Virus record (IMG/VR): IMGVR_UViG_3300027971_000028 | Span: 1-64,000 of that record | Reading direction: 5' to 3' (one strand) | DNA: 64,000 nt | From: a virus | Shown: positions 42,745-53,264 of the stretch, piece by piece | How the letters are laid out: the number at the start of each line of letters is the position of its first letter | Numbering within the stretch: position 1 is the first letter of the stretch | Translations under genes and position numbers: made by a program | Notes under the pieces: model-generated | The model's database searches: none | Told to the model about the DNA's origin: nothing | What the model saw: only the letters and a program-made list of their open reading frames with translations

Positions 42745-43887
42745 ATGGGCAATCTTTGGGTAGATGTTAACGAACTTGGCTCTACTTATGCAGAGTCTCA
42801 ATACGCATATGATGCTGTACAAACAGCCTCCTACCTACTTTGGGGCATGTCTGGAAGAAAATACTCTGGCGTAACAACTGTTACTGAGCGATATGTATCT
42901 TCTTATGATCCTCATATCCGAACAGGCGCCTCTATTCTTACATACTCTCCCACTTTAATTAGGGGAAATGTTGAAAATATTAGATTAAATGGTTCAGGAC
43001 CATATCAGCAAGATGACTTTTCAGGGGATGGAACATCTGCAAGTACTCGCGTACGCCTTCGTGGTCGTAAAGTAATAAGAGTTCATACACTAAGAGATAG
43101 AAATGGCGTTGTAATAGATCCAAGAGATTACTATTTAGTAGAGCACTCAACTATTCTTGCTACACCAGGGGCTAGTTGGACATCTTCTAATATTGAAGTT
43201 ACTTATTCATATGGAACACCGCCACCATTAGCAGGAAAAGCTGCTGCTCGCTTACTTGCCATTGAACTTGTTAAGTTATATGAAAATGACGACACTTGTG
43301 CTCTTCCTCAGCGTGTAACCTCTGTTGCTCGCCAAGGTGTTTCATATACAATTCTTGATAATCAAGATTTTATTGATGAACTTAGAACTGGTTTATATGC
43401 TGTAGATCTTTTCTTAAAAACAACTAACCCAGATAGGGCTAGAGCAAAAGCAAAAGTATTTAGTCCAGATACGCCTAGAGCACGTCGCCCTATTCCTAAG
43501 CCATATCAATTAACAGAGACTCCTTATGACTTAAAGGTACTTACATCTGGTTCAGCACTAGTTCTTTATTTAAGTGAAATAAATGGAAGTTTCTTAGAAG
43601 ATGATTCAGCATGGGAAGTATCTTTAACTGTGTCTGATCACTCTTACACAAAATCAGAAGACTTAGAAAACTCTATTAGCCTAAGTCGTGTTAATGGAAC
43701 AATAACTATCTCCCCAACTTATAGTCAAATATTAGACATTATTGGTCCAAGAGAGCCTGGTGTTTATGACATCTATTGCACTAGACCTAGCCTAGCCGAT
43801 CCAACTGTTGATGAAGTAATTAACCTACTTACAGCAAACGTATCATTTGAACTTTACACAAGAGTAGAGCCAATTTACACACTGTAG
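42745..43887 (+). CDS. Head-to-tail adaptor
   Basis: ASYLLWGMSGR...LAIELVK...CALPQRVTSVARQGVS...TGL..VD.FL...NP. Confidence 0.75.
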   Translation: MGNLWVDVNELGSTYAESQYAYDAVQTASYLLWGMSGRKYSGVTTVTERYVSSYDPHIRTGASILTYSPTLIRGNVENIRLNGSGPYQQDDFSGDGTSASTRVRLRGRKVIRVHTLRDRNGVVIDPRDYYLVEHSTILATPGASWTSSNIEVTYSYGTPPPLAGKAAARLLAIELVKLYENDDTCALPQRVTSVARQGVSYTILDNQDFIDELRTGLYAVDLFLKTTNPDRARAKAKVFSPDTPRARRPIPKPYQLTETPYDLKVLTSGSALVLYLSEINGSFLEDDSAWEVSLTVSDHSYTKSEDLENSISLSRVNGTITISPTYSQILDIIGPREPGVYDIYCTRPSLADPTVDEVINLLTANVSFELYTRVEPIYTL

Positions 43888-43914
43888 GATATAGACAACA
43901 AGTAGGAGAGACAA

Positions 43915-44421
43915 ATGTCGACAACGATAAATAAGGCAACTGTTAGTAGTGACGCCAAAAATCTTGCTGTATTTTTAGATGCAGTACTTGCTCAAGTTGT
44001 TACTTCTTACGCTTCTTATACTATGCCACTTCCTCTGCGTAGATACTACACATTAGGACAACCTGTAGTTGATTGTGAGCAAGTAGTTGTTTCTTTTGTA
44101 CAAATGTATGTTGGTGCTCCAGGAGATGAAGCGACTCAGCCTCGTAGATGTAGTGATCCAAGAAGTGCGACAATTAATGTTTCCGTATCAAGAGCAGTTC
44201 CAGTAGTTGGTCAGAACGGTAGACCACCTTCTGCTGAAACAATAGAGAGTGCTTCAGAAATTGCTGCGTATGATGCATGGATTTTACTAGATAGCGCTTC
44301 TCAATTAGATACTTGGGAGTCTTCTGGTTTTGGTCTTGGAGTTATTGCAACTGTTGAGGTTCAAGCCCCTGAAGGTGGTTTTCAAACTGTAACTCTTACC
44401 CTGACTGCAGCCGTTCCATAA
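43915..44421 (+). CDS. Tail terminator/completion protein
   Basis: Synteny; P..DCEQ.VV...GP.GG C-terminal pattern. Confidence 0.55.
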   Translation: MSTTINKATVSSDAKNLAVFLDAVLAQVVTSYASYTMPLPLRRYYTLGQPVVDCEQVVVSFVQMYVGAPGDEATQPRRCSDPRSATINVSVSRAVPVVGQNGRPPSAETIESASEIAAYDAWILLDSASQLDTWESSGFGLGVIATVEVQAPEGGFQTVTLTLTAAVP

Positions 44422-44422
44422 A

Positions 44423-44806
44423 ATGGCAACAGTAGTATTTCGCAGGGCAGAGTTAGATTTTCTACTTAACTCTCCTGAAGGTGATGTAGGAAAGTACTTA
44501 GCAAAAAAAGGTCGTTTAATAACCGCTGCTGCTAAGGCTCAAGTTGGCGTAAGAACAGGAGCACTTCGTTCTTCTATCCACATGAGACATTTACGAGACT
44601 CTCGGGGTCAGTATGTGAAAATTGGATCTAATTTGGACTACGCTTTGCTACACCATCAAGGAACTAAGCCTCATGTTATTCGACCAGATAGGGCAAAAGT
44701 GCTGAGATTTGTTAGAGGCTCAAGGATTATATACACGACTTCTGTCATGCATCCTGGAACTAAGGCAAATCGCTATCTATCAGATAACTTAAAGTTGGTA
44801 AAATAG
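44423..44806 (+). CDS. HK97 gp10-like neck/tail completion protein
   Basis: VRTGALRSSI...YAL.HHQGT.PH.I.P...V.HPGTK.N.YL. Confidence 0.75.
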   Translation: MATVVFRRAELDFLLNSPEGDVGKYLAKKGRLITAAAKAQVGVRTGALRSSIHMRHLRDSRGQYVKIGSNLDYALLHHQGTKPHVIRPDRAKVLRFVRGSRIIYTTSVMHPGTKANRYLSDNLKLVK

Positions 44807-44866
44807 TAACAACATTTACTATAAAAATAGTAAATAAAAGACAAATGAGAAAAGAGGAATATCAAC

Positions 44867-45220
44867 ATGACAACAGGTAGGTTTAAGGATTTTGGTAGCG
44901 GTGGTGATGTAAACACGCAACCTTTATCTTTCAAACTTTACGGAGAAGATTTCCAATGTAAAACGGCTCTTCAAGGTAAAGTTCTTTTAGACATGGTTGC
45001 AGATGCTGGTTCTGATTCAAGCGGAATGGCAGCTGCTCTTATTGACAAGTTCTTTGCAAAGGTTTTATTGCCAGAAAGTTTAGATCGTTTTCTAAAACTG
45101 GTGGATGACCCTAGCAAAATTGTAACTGTTGAAAAATTAGGTGAAATCACTTCTTGGTTGGTCGAGCAGTACTCAAGCCGTCCTATACCGGGGCTAGAGG
45201 ACTCGCAGAGTGGGCAGTAG
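44867..45220 (+). CDS. Tail assembly chaperone
   Basis: Two small overlapping ORFs directly upstream of the tape measure gene. Confidence 0.7.
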   Translation: MTTGRFKDFGSGGDVNTQPLSFKLYGEDFQCKTALQGKVLLDMVADAGSDSSGMAAALIDKFFAKVLLPESLDRFLKLVDDPSKIVTVEKLGEITSWLVEQYSSRPIPGLEDSQSGQ

Positions 45221-45600
45221 ATCTCTGGCCTTATGTTAACGGGAAAGCACTAATGAACGGCCTACAACTATCTTCTATGGAACTAGCAGACATGCTAGAC
45301 GTTATCCATGTAATTTTTGAAGATGACATGACCTCCGTCGCTAGTGCAGAACAAGTTGACGTCAAAGAAAAAGTAAGAGAAATTATTTATAGGGATTTTT
45401 ATAAAACTACTTATAAATATAAAACAACTAAAAAAAGTCAAAACGCAGGTTTTGACAACTCTGTTGGAGATTTTGACTACAGCGACATCACACCGTTTGA
45501 CCCAAGCAGTCAAGCAGTGAAGCCGTTTGTTCCGCCAACAGAGTTTAATCCAGACATGCAAAAGCCGTTTGGATCAGTACTAGATGCCCCTTTGGGCTAA
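45154..45600 (+). CDS. Tail assembly chaperone C-terminal extension (probably via -1 frameshift)
   Basis: -1 frame overlap with the upstream ORF; no good SD at TTG 45154. Confidence 0.6.
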   Translation: MVGRAVLKPSYTGARGLAEWAVDLWPYVNGKALMNGLQLSSMELADMLDVIHVIFEDDMTSVASAEQVDVKEKVREIIYRDFYKTTYKYKTTKKSQNAGFDNSVGDFDYSDITPFDPSSQAVKPFVPPTEFNPDMQKPFGSVLDAPLG

Positions 45601-45621
45601 GAGATTAGGAGGTGATGGCGC

Positions 45622-48441
45622 ATGGCAATTGTTGGTGATGCATATGTAGTAGTTCGCGCCATCACTACTAGTGTTGAAAGAGATATTCAAAAATCTTTTA
45701 AAGGTGTGGACGCAGTTGGAGAAAAAGCTGGAGTAGATATATCTAATGGAATAAATAGAGGTATTCGCAGAGCTAAATTTGATTTTAGTGGAAGTTTTGC
45801 AAAATCAGCAATAGATGCTAAAGAACGATTTTCATCTTTAACAAGAGCGGGATATGCGTTAGCGCCAGCACTTACAGCATTAGGTGGGATTATTGGTCTT
45901 CTTGGTACAGGACTTATTTCTTTAACTTCAATAATTGGAGCCGCTGCTACCCCCGCGTTAATTACTTTAGCTGGAGCATTTACAGCCGCAGGTCAAGCAG
46001 CTCTGACACTAAAATTAGCATTTTCTGGGGTCGCTAAAGCAGTACAAGCAGGAACTAAAAACTCTAAAAAAAGTGCTTCTGCTGCAAAATCAGAAGTAGA
46101 TGCTCAAAGAAATTTAGCAAAAGCATATGAAGATCTAGCAGATGCTCAAAAAGGAGTAAATGATGCTAGAGAAACTGCAATTGAACAGATACAACAACTA
46201 GGTTTTGATTCTGAAGATGCTGCAATTAACGAACAAAAAGCAGCACTCGAACTTGAAAAAGCCCGTGAGACTCTTGCTCGTGTTTCAGATCTTCCACCTA
46301 ACTCTCGTGCTCGTAAAGAGGCTCAGCTTGCTTTTGCTGAAGCAGATTTAAATCTTAGAAGAGCGGTTGATCGTAACAATGATTTAAAAAAGGCAGAAGC
46401 AGAAAATGCAAAAGCAGGTCCTGATTTATCTTCTCAAGTAGAGGCAAGTAAAGTTGTTGTTAATGCTAAAAAAGCAGAATTAGATGCTGAAAGAAACTTA
46501 ATAAAAGCAACAGAAGCAAGAGATGCTGCTCTACAAGGATCTGGAGCAGATGCTTACGCTGACGCACTTTCTAACTTGTCAAAAGAAGCCCAAAACTTTG
46601 TTAAATATTTAGTTTCTATACAGGGAGAGTTTAAAAAACTTAAGGCTGCTGCTGGAGAAAAACTTTTCCCTCAACTAGAAACAGCAATAGATAACTTAGT
46701 AAAAAACCTATTTCCTGCTCTAAGACCTCTTCTTACTGAAACAGGAGATGTTTTAGGTAAGGTAGCAATAAGAATATCTGAAGTAATAACAAAATCAGAA
46801 AACATAAAAAGACTAGAGTCTATATGGAAGACAAATAATAAATTTATAGACAATTTTGGTAGTGCAATAGCCAATCTTTATGAAGGATTTTTAATTCTTT
46901 TAAACGCTGCTAAACCTTTAATTGATGCTTTCGGTGAATGGCTAAAGAATGTTACTGGCTCATGGAAAGAAACTTTAAAACTTGATGAAGCAACTGGAAA
47001 ACTTGGAGAGCGTTTTAAAATTGCTAAAGGAATATTAAAAGACTTAGGCACTATTCTTGGAAACGTTTTTGGAGGATTTAAAAATCTTGTAAAGGCAAAC
47101 GTGGGTCCTGGCAGTGGCGGTCAAATATTCTTAGACTACTTTAAAAAAGTATCTTTAGCATTTAAAAATTTAAAGACAATAGATGGACGTCCTCTAAAAG
47201 ACTTTTTTGCAGATGCAGCAAAAAACGGTACAGTTCTTCTATCATTGCTAGGAGAAATTATTGGTGGGTTCATAAGACTAGCCGATAATAAAGGCTTAGG
47301 AATTTTCTTAGAGCAACTTAGAGTAGTAAACGGTATCTTTAGTGATATAGGTGAAAGTTTAGACTCTTCTTTACCATCTTTTGGTAATTTTTTAATAGAG
47401 TTTTCAACTTTTATAAAAACAGTAACAGACTCGGGATCTATAACAATATTTTTTGATACTTTGTCTGGAGTTCTTAAAAAATTAAATGATTTTTTAAATA
47501 GCGAATTTGGTCAAGCATTACTGAGGGTATCTGCTCAAATACTTCCTTTATTAGCAGCCTTTGGGTTAATAACTAAAGCAGTAACATTTTTTGGAAAAGT
47601 ACTTTTAGGACCTCTATTTTCGCTTATTAAGTTTGTTGATAAAATTGTAGAGATAGCCCCTAAGATACGAGCATTTGCAACAGCATTTGGCGGCCCAATT
47701 GCAATTATTTTAGCTGTTGTAGCTGTGTTTGCTCTTCTCTACCAAAATAGCGAGATATTTAGAGAATCTATTGGAAAGCTAGTTTCTGCTGTTGGTGGTG
47801 CGTTAACAGATGCATTTAAAACAATAAAAACTGCTGTAGATGGTTTTGATCTTTCTGGAATTATGAGTGTATTTAAAATGCTTGGTGATTTTTTAGGAAC
47901 ATTTATAGTTCCAATAATTAGTGTAGTTTTAGTTACTGCTATAAAAACTGTTGCTGGTGTAATTTCTTCACTAATAAAAGTAGTAGGTCTTTTAACAAAT
48001 GCATTTAGCGGAATTGCAGGTGCTGTAAGCAAGGCTTTTAGTATCGTAATTTCAGTAGTTAAAGGTGCAATAAATGCATTAATATCAGTTTGGAATAATA
48101 GTCTTGGTAATTTAAAGATTACGCTACCTAAAATTGGGCCATTCGGCGGCGGAACCATTGGATTCCCAAAAATTAATCCTCTTGCAAAAGGTGGAGTTGT
48201 AATGCCAAGCGCTGAAGGAACTCTTGCCACAATCGGTGAAGCAGGTCGACCAGAACGTGTAGAGCCACTTGATCCAAACGGTCTGTCAAAGCGTGATAAA
48301 GCAATGATAGAAACATTATCTGGTGGAAAAGGTTCTGGAATTAATATAACAATTAATCCTTCTGCTGGCATGGATGAGAGAGAACTTGCCTCTATTGTTT
48401 CTCGTCAGATTGCCTTCCAACTTCGTAAGGGAGCCGCCTAA
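45622..48441 (+). CDS. Tape measure protein
   Basis: MAIVGDAYVVVRA start; helical Ala/Gly/Lys-rich body; C-terminal LAKGGVV...GEAG..E.V.PL. Confidence 0.9.
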   Translation: MAIVGDAYVVVRAITTSVERDIQKSFKGVDAVGEKAGVDISNGINRGIRRAKFDFSGSFAKSAIDAKERFSSLTRAGYALAPALTALGGIIGLLGTGLISLTSIIGAAATPALITLAGAFTAAGQAALTLKLAFSGVAKAVQAGTKNSKKSASAAKSEVDAQRNLAKAYEDLADAQKGVNDARETAIEQIQQLGFDSEDAAINEQKAALELEKARETLARVSDLPPNSRARKEAQLAFAEADLNLRRAVDRNNDLKKAEAENAKAGPDLSSQVEASKVVVNAKKAELDAERNLIKATEARDAALQGSGADAYADALSNLSKEAQNFVKYLVSIQGEFKKLKAAAGEKLFPQLETAIDNLVKNLFPALRPLLTETGDVLGKVAIRISEVITKSENIKRLESIWKTNNKFIDNFGSAIANLYEGFLILLNAAKPLIDAFGEWLKNVTGSWKETLKLDEATGKLGERFKIAKGILKDLGTILGNVFGGFKNLVKANVGPGSGGQIFLDYFKKVSLAFKNLKTIDGRPLKDFFADAAKNGTVLLSLLGEIIGGFIRLADNKGLGIFLEQLRVVNGIFSDIGESLDSSLPSFGNFLIEFSTFIKTVTDSGSITIFFDTLSGVLKKLNDFLNSEFGQALLRVSAQILPLLAAFGLITKAVTFFGKVLLGPLFSLIKFVDKIVEIAPKIRAFATAFGGPIAIILAVVAVFALLYQNSEIFRESIGKLVSAVGGALTDAFKTIKTAVDGFDLSGIMSVFKMLGDFLGTFIVPIISVVLVTAIKTVAGVISSLIKVVGLLTNAFSGIAGAVSKAFSIVISVVKGAINALISVWNNSLGNLKITLPKIGPFGGGTIGFPKINPLAKGGVVMPSAEGTLATIGEAGRPERVEPLDPNGLSKRDKAMIETLSGGKGSGINITINPSAGMDERELASIVSRQIAFQLRKGAA

Positions 48442-50582
48442 TGAGTCGCTCAAATTTATTTACAAACCCTACTTACCAAACTAACACTACTGGCTGGTCT
48501 GCTGCTCAAAAACTAAACAAAAGAATTATTAACTCCCAAAGAAGTGCCACCACTGCGACAATAACTACTAGTACTGCCCATGGTTTTTTAGTTGGTGATA
48601 GCGTAACTATTGCTGGCACTAATGGTAACTCTGCTTTACATGGTACTTATACAATTACAGCAATACCAACCTCAGTAACATTTAGATATACAACTGCAAC
48701 CAGTGGAACCATAACTTCAGCAGCAGATACAGGAACTGCCACCGTATTTGGGCTAGCACCTTCTGCTAATACAAAAACTATTAGCAACTCTCAAAGAAGT
48801 ACTACAACAGCACTTATAACTACTTCAGCATCTCACGGTTTTGCGGTAGGAGATGTCGTAACGATTGCTGGAACTAATGGCAACACCCCCTTACACGGCA
48901 CTTACACAATTACAGGAGTTCCTAGCGATACTACCTTTACCTACACAACCTCAACCTCTGGAACTATTACATCCGCTGCCGATACTGGTACAGCAGTAAT
49001 TGCCACTACATCTTTAGCAAGAATTACCTCTGACTACTTTGTTGGCTCTTCTTCTTTACAAATAACCAAGTCTGCTCAGGCTAACTCTGGAGTAATTACT
49101 ACCGACAGAATTGCTACTACAGCGTTATCTAGTTATGCAGTTTCTGGGTATGTAAAAGTTCCTACTGGCGCAGAAGAAGGCTCTTTTAGTATTAAGGCTA
49201 TTTGGTATAACGCATCTACTGCTGGAAGCATAGTTTCAATAAGTAATAACACTGCAAGAGATTTAACCAGTTCCTCAGGCTGGCAAAGAATCACGGCAGT
49301 ATTCACCGCACCAGCCACTTCAACTCATGCAAACTTTGCTTTTATTCAAAGCACCGCTGGTACTAAAGCCGAGACTTTCTTACTTGACGCTGTTTTATTA
49401 GAGCAGTCTGACTCAGTAGAGGGCTTTTTTGTTAACTCTAATCAAGCCAATGAAACTTCAAAGGTAAACCTTGCTTTAGCCCCACTTCCACAGCCTCATT
49501 TGACGGGAATGAAGTTACAAGCAGATATATCGCTGAATGACTTTACTTTTAATACAATTGATGAATACGGAGTTATTTGGGTAGTTACTGATATTGGTGG
49601 TTGGTGGCAACATCCTTCTCCTGAAATCCCTGAGGTTTCTAGAGGCTGGGGCGATGGTTCATATGATGTTAAAGGTAAATACAACGCAAGAGATATAACT
49701 TTTGAAGGCGTTATTCTGACTCCAGATCCTTCTCTACTTGCTGCTGCTAGAGATAGATTTGTCGCGGCTACAAATTTAGTTTATACAGGTGGATGGCTTA
49801 AAACAAATGAAGGATCTTACATTAAAGCATCTTATGTAAGATTAAGCGGAGATCCAGAAATACAAACAGTAAATGCTCGCGGGCGCACTGAGTTTTCTAT
49901 CGGACTTAGAGCAGCAGATCCTATAAAATATAAGTGGAATACAGAAGACCCAATCTATGGGTATGAGAACGTATTAATACCGTGTGAAGCAACATCTACA
50001 GCCGCGGATGGAACCGAGATTATAGAAAATGAAGGTAACTACCCTGTTAGCGTATATTTAACTATTACTGGTCCGCTAGTTGGTCCAGCGGTAATATCTA
50101 ATGACACTTCCGAGGAACAAATTAATATAACAGGTGCTCTAAGAGCTGCTACTACTAAAACAATTAATAACAGAGGCTTAACTGATAATTTAGTAACCCT
50201 CTCAACTACCACCACTCACGGATTAGTTGTTGGTGATGTTGTTACTGTTTCTGGTCTTGGTTCACCGTATGACGGGGATTTTGTAGTACTTAGTGTTCCT
50301 ACAACTAGCACATTTACATATGCAGCAACTGGTTCTAACGTCGCTTATGGAGCTGGTAGTGGGAGCCTTGCCTATGGTCCAGATACTTTAGAAATCAACA
50401 CATATGATAGATCTGTATTTTTAAATGGAGAGTATTTAGGAGCAAGAGCAAAATTAGAAGTGTATAACGAATGGATTAATTTATACCCAGGCAATAACAC
50501 AATTAGTTTTTATGACATAGGCGATGCTGCCAATTCAACGGCTACTTTATCTGTAGACTATCGTTCTGGATGGCTTGCTTAA
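48441..50582 (+). CDS. Distal tail (Dit)-like minor tail protein with carbohydrate-binding-like insert and three beta-barrel repeats
   Basis: Position after the tape measure gene; GDG...G.Y..RDIT.EG and L.A.DP.KY Dit motifs; CBM4/9-like YVKVP...FLLDAVLLEQ. Confidence 0.75.
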   Translation: MSRSNLFTNPTYQTNTTGWSAAQKLNKRIINSQRSATTATITTSTAHGFLVGDSVTIAGTNGNSALHGTYTITAIPTSVTFRYTTATSGTITSAADTGTATVFGLAPSANTKTISNSQRSTTTALITTSASHGFAVGDVVTIAGTNGNTPLHGTYTITGVPSDTTFTYTTSTSGTITSAADTGTAVIATTSLARITSDYFVGSSSLQITKSAQANSGVITTDRIATTALSSYAVSGYVKVPTGAEEGSFSIKAIWYNASTAGSIVSISNNTARDLTSSSGWQRITAVFTAPATSTHANFAFIQSTAGTKAETFLLDAVLLEQSDSVEGFFVNSNQANETSKVNLALAPLPQPHLTGMKLQADISLNDFTFNTIDEYGVIWVVTDIGGWWQHPSPEIPEVSRGWGDGSYDVKGKYNARDITFEGVILTPDPSLLAAARDRFVAATNLVYTGGWLKTNEGSYIKASYVRLSGDPEIQTVNARGRTEFSIGLRAADPIKYKWNTEDPIYGYENVLIPCEATSTAADGTEIIENEGNYPVSVYLTITGPLVGPAVISNDTSEEQINITGALRAATTKTINNRGLTDNLVTLSTTTTHGLVVGDVVTVSGLGSPYDGDFVVLSVPTTSTFTYAATGSNVAYGAGSGSLAYGPDTLEINTYDRSVFLNGEYLGARAKLEVYNEWINLYPGNNTISFYDIGDAANSTATLSVDYRSGWLA

Positions 50583-50606
50583 ACTTAAAAAACTTAAGGA
50601 ACTAAA

Positions 50607-53264
50607 ATGACAACTAATGAAATTAACCCAGCTGATTACAGATACTACGCTGTAGATTTGCTTACAAACACCTTGTTGGTAGAGATCCCGTTTGTAGATG
50701 TTACTTATGGAAGGGCTCTAAGTAAAGCAGGTTCTTTTTCTGGGTCAATTCCTATAGTTGAAGCAAACGCTCATTTAAATCTATATGAAAACACCATGCC
50801 AGGAAAAACAGCAATATATATTCTTAGAAACGGCGTCTGCGTCTGGGGCGGAATTATATGGAGCAGAAGTTACTCTCCCATTGATAAAAAGTTAACTGTA
50901 GATGGCGCAGAGTTTATAAGTTATTTGTATCATAGGATGGTATGGCAAACTCTTTATTATGGAAGTGAGCCTTACTACTGCAGCAGATATGTAGCAGGGT
51001 CTGGTACAGCAACTATTTACACTAGTACAGAACATGAATTTGAAGTAGGAGATGTTGTAAAGGTTTACGCACTAAATAATGCTTTAAATGGTACGCATGT
51101 AATAACAGCAATCCCGTCTGCTTCAAGTTTTTCTTTTGCCTCCGCTGCGACGCTCTCTTTAAGCCCTTCTGATATAGGTCAAGCTCGTTCTGTTGTTGAT
51201 TCATATGATGTTGCTAGAGATATTTTAGGCTGGTTAAATGAGGATTTTTCTACAAATGATTTTTTAAATGATGAGGCTTATGGCGATAGACGTATAAATT
51301 TTCCAGCCACGGATGAAGAGTACACAGTTACCAATAAACTTTGTGTTTCAAACAGTACTACTCTAACTTTAGATAGGCCGCATGATCTAATAGTAGGTCA
51401 ACTAGTTGAAATTGCAGCTGTAGATGATTTATTAGATGGTTATCAAACTATTACAGCCGTCCCAACCAGCACAACCATTAAATACAACGTCACTGGTTCT
51501 GTAAATATCTCGACTGCTGCTGTAACCCCGTACACAAGTTATGATGTAACTTCAAAAAGCATATCCACTACTTCTTTAACTATAACATTTAAATCAGTTT
51601 CATCTAATATTGCAACAATAACTACGAGTCAACCCCATGGGCTTGCAGTAGGAGATTATGTAAGCATAGCAAAATTAGATAACAGCGTTTCTTATACTAA
51701 AACAGCCACTGCCTTTAGTGGATCTACTACCCTTACAGTTACAAGTGCTACTAATTTAGTAGCAGGAATGTTAGTTTCTGTAACAACTGGAAAACTTAGT
51801 GGAAACACTATTGTTGAGAAAATAGTTGGAACTACTGTTACTTTAAACAAACCTACATTATCTGCTATAACTTCTGAAACTGTAAGTTTTACAAATCAAT
51901 CTGCACTAAATGGCACTACTAACGTTATTTCAATACCAACTAGTACAACTTTTACAATACCAGTAGATAGTGCTGATATTGGTACTACCGCTGTCGCTGC
52001 AAATACAGGCGAGGCTTCTTATAAAACTGTTACCTTAACTACATCTGCTAATCACGGAATAGTGGCAGGTACCAGCATTATTGTTGAAAATATAGGAAGT
52101 GATTACGATGGTAATTATGTAGTAGCGTCAGTACCAGATGTTAAAACTATAAAATACACAGTCTTTTCTACTTTAAACTACGTTACCACAGGAGTTTCTG
52201 GCGGTACTGTTTCTTGGGGTGGCAGATTAGTTGCTGGTACTTATGGTTCATATTCTTCTAACTCTAATATAGGCATAGACTCTACTGAAGAGTTAAGTGC
52301 AAAATATTTAGGGTCAAGTAGTAAAGTATTTAGAGGCTCTGACTTAAGATCTTTTGGAGATATATTAGAAGATTTTTCTAAAGAACTTGAAGGTTTTGAG
52401 TACAGAATAGATTGTGATTTTGAAAATGATGCTTTTACTAGAACATTTACTTTTGTTCCTTTTGTTGATCCACCTGTAAGAATACCTGTAACATTTAAAC
52501 AACTAACATCTAACATTGCAACAATAACTACAAGCACTGCTCACGGGTTAGTTGCTGGGGACGAGACTGTTATTACAGAGGTTGGCTCATCATTTGACGG
52601 AACAGTTACTGTTGTTAGCGCTCCTACTACAACTACCTTTACTTTTTACTCTTATAACAACAATGTCCCTTCTACTGCATCTACAGGATATATAGGAGTG
52701 GTTCATCCGTTAAGTGTTTTAGGCGCTGATCAATATGTTTTCGAGTACCCAGGCAATATTTTTCAATTTACTTTAAATGAAAATGCAGAAGACTCTGCTA
52801 CTAGAATGTGGGTAGGTGGATCTGCTGATGGATTAGATGGCACTGCTAGCCAACCTTACGCTGCAGCGGCTTCAAAAGATTTACTAAATCAAGGTTGGCC
52901 ACTATTAGATGAGATCGAAGAAAAAAATGATGTAGATACTGTTGCTGCTGGTAAAGAGGCTTTATATAACTATGCTTTAGACTTTTTAGGAGAATCTAGA
53001 CCTCCAGAGGCAACTTTTAATATAGAGGTTAATGGATCTTTAGATCCTGTAGTTGGGTCTTACTACCCAGGAGATTGGTGCTCAATAATTCTTGATGATG
53101 AGTTTGTTAGAATGCGTCTAGCAACTGATCTAGAGCCTAGAGGTGATGTAATTGTTCGTAAAATTATTGCCTACACAGTTGGTGTTCCAGAAACTCCATC
53201 TTTTCCAGAAAAAGTAACACTGACTCTTCAAACTGAATGGAAGGAGGATAGAAAAAATGTCTAG
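50607..53264 (+). CDS. Minor tail/baseplate hub protein with about six beta-barrel repeats
   Basis: RNGVCVWGGIIWSRSY; Y.PGDW...V.I..Y.V; multiple T...HG...GD.V repeats. Confidence 0.75.
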   Translation: MTTNEINPADYRYYAVDLLTNTLLVEIPFVDVTYGRALSKAGSFSGSIPIVEANAHLNLYENTMPGKTAIYILRNGVCVWGGIIWSRSYSPIDKKLTVDGAEFISYLYHRMVWQTLYYGSEPYYCSRYVAGSGTATIYTSTEHEFEVGDVVKVYALNNALNGTHVITAIPSASSFSFASAATLSLSPSDIGQARSVVDSYDVARDILGWLNEDFSTNDFLNDEAYGDRRINFPATDEEYTVTNKLCVSNSTTLTLDRPHDLIVGQLVEIAAVDDLLDGYQTITAVPTSTTIKYNVTGSVNISTAAVTPYTSYDVTSKSISTTSLTITFKSVSSNIATITTSQPHGLAVGDYVSIAKLDNSVSYTKTATAFSGSTTLTVTSATNLVAGMLVSVTTGKLSGNTIVEKIVGTTVTLNKPTLSAITSETVSFTNQSALNGTTNVISIPTSTTFTIPVDSADIGTTAVAANTGEASYKTVTLTTSANHGIVAGTSIIVENIGSDYDGNYVVASVPDVKTIKYTVFSTLNYVTTGVSGGTVSWGGRLVAGTYGSYSSNSNIGIDSTEELSAKYLGSSSKVFRGSDLRSFGDILEDFSKELEGFEYRIDCDFENDAFTRTFTFVPFVDPPVRIPVTFKQLTSNIATITTSTAHGLVAGDETVITEVGSSFDGTVTVVSAPTTTTFTFYSYNNNVPSTASTGYIGVVHPLSVLGADQYVFEYPGNIFQFTLNENAEDSATRMWVGGSADGLDGTASQPYAAAASKDLLNQGWPLLDEIEEKNDVDTVAAGKEALYNYALDFLGESRPPEATFNIEVNGSLDPVVGSYYPGDWCSIILDDEFVRMRLATDLEPRGDVIVRKIIAYTVGVPETPSFPEKVTLTLQTEWKEDRKNV

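Noticed and set aside
45240-45247. Lambda-type slippery site GGGAAAG
   Set aside because: Lies downstream of the chaperone stop codon (45218-45220), so ribosomes in the first frame never reach it
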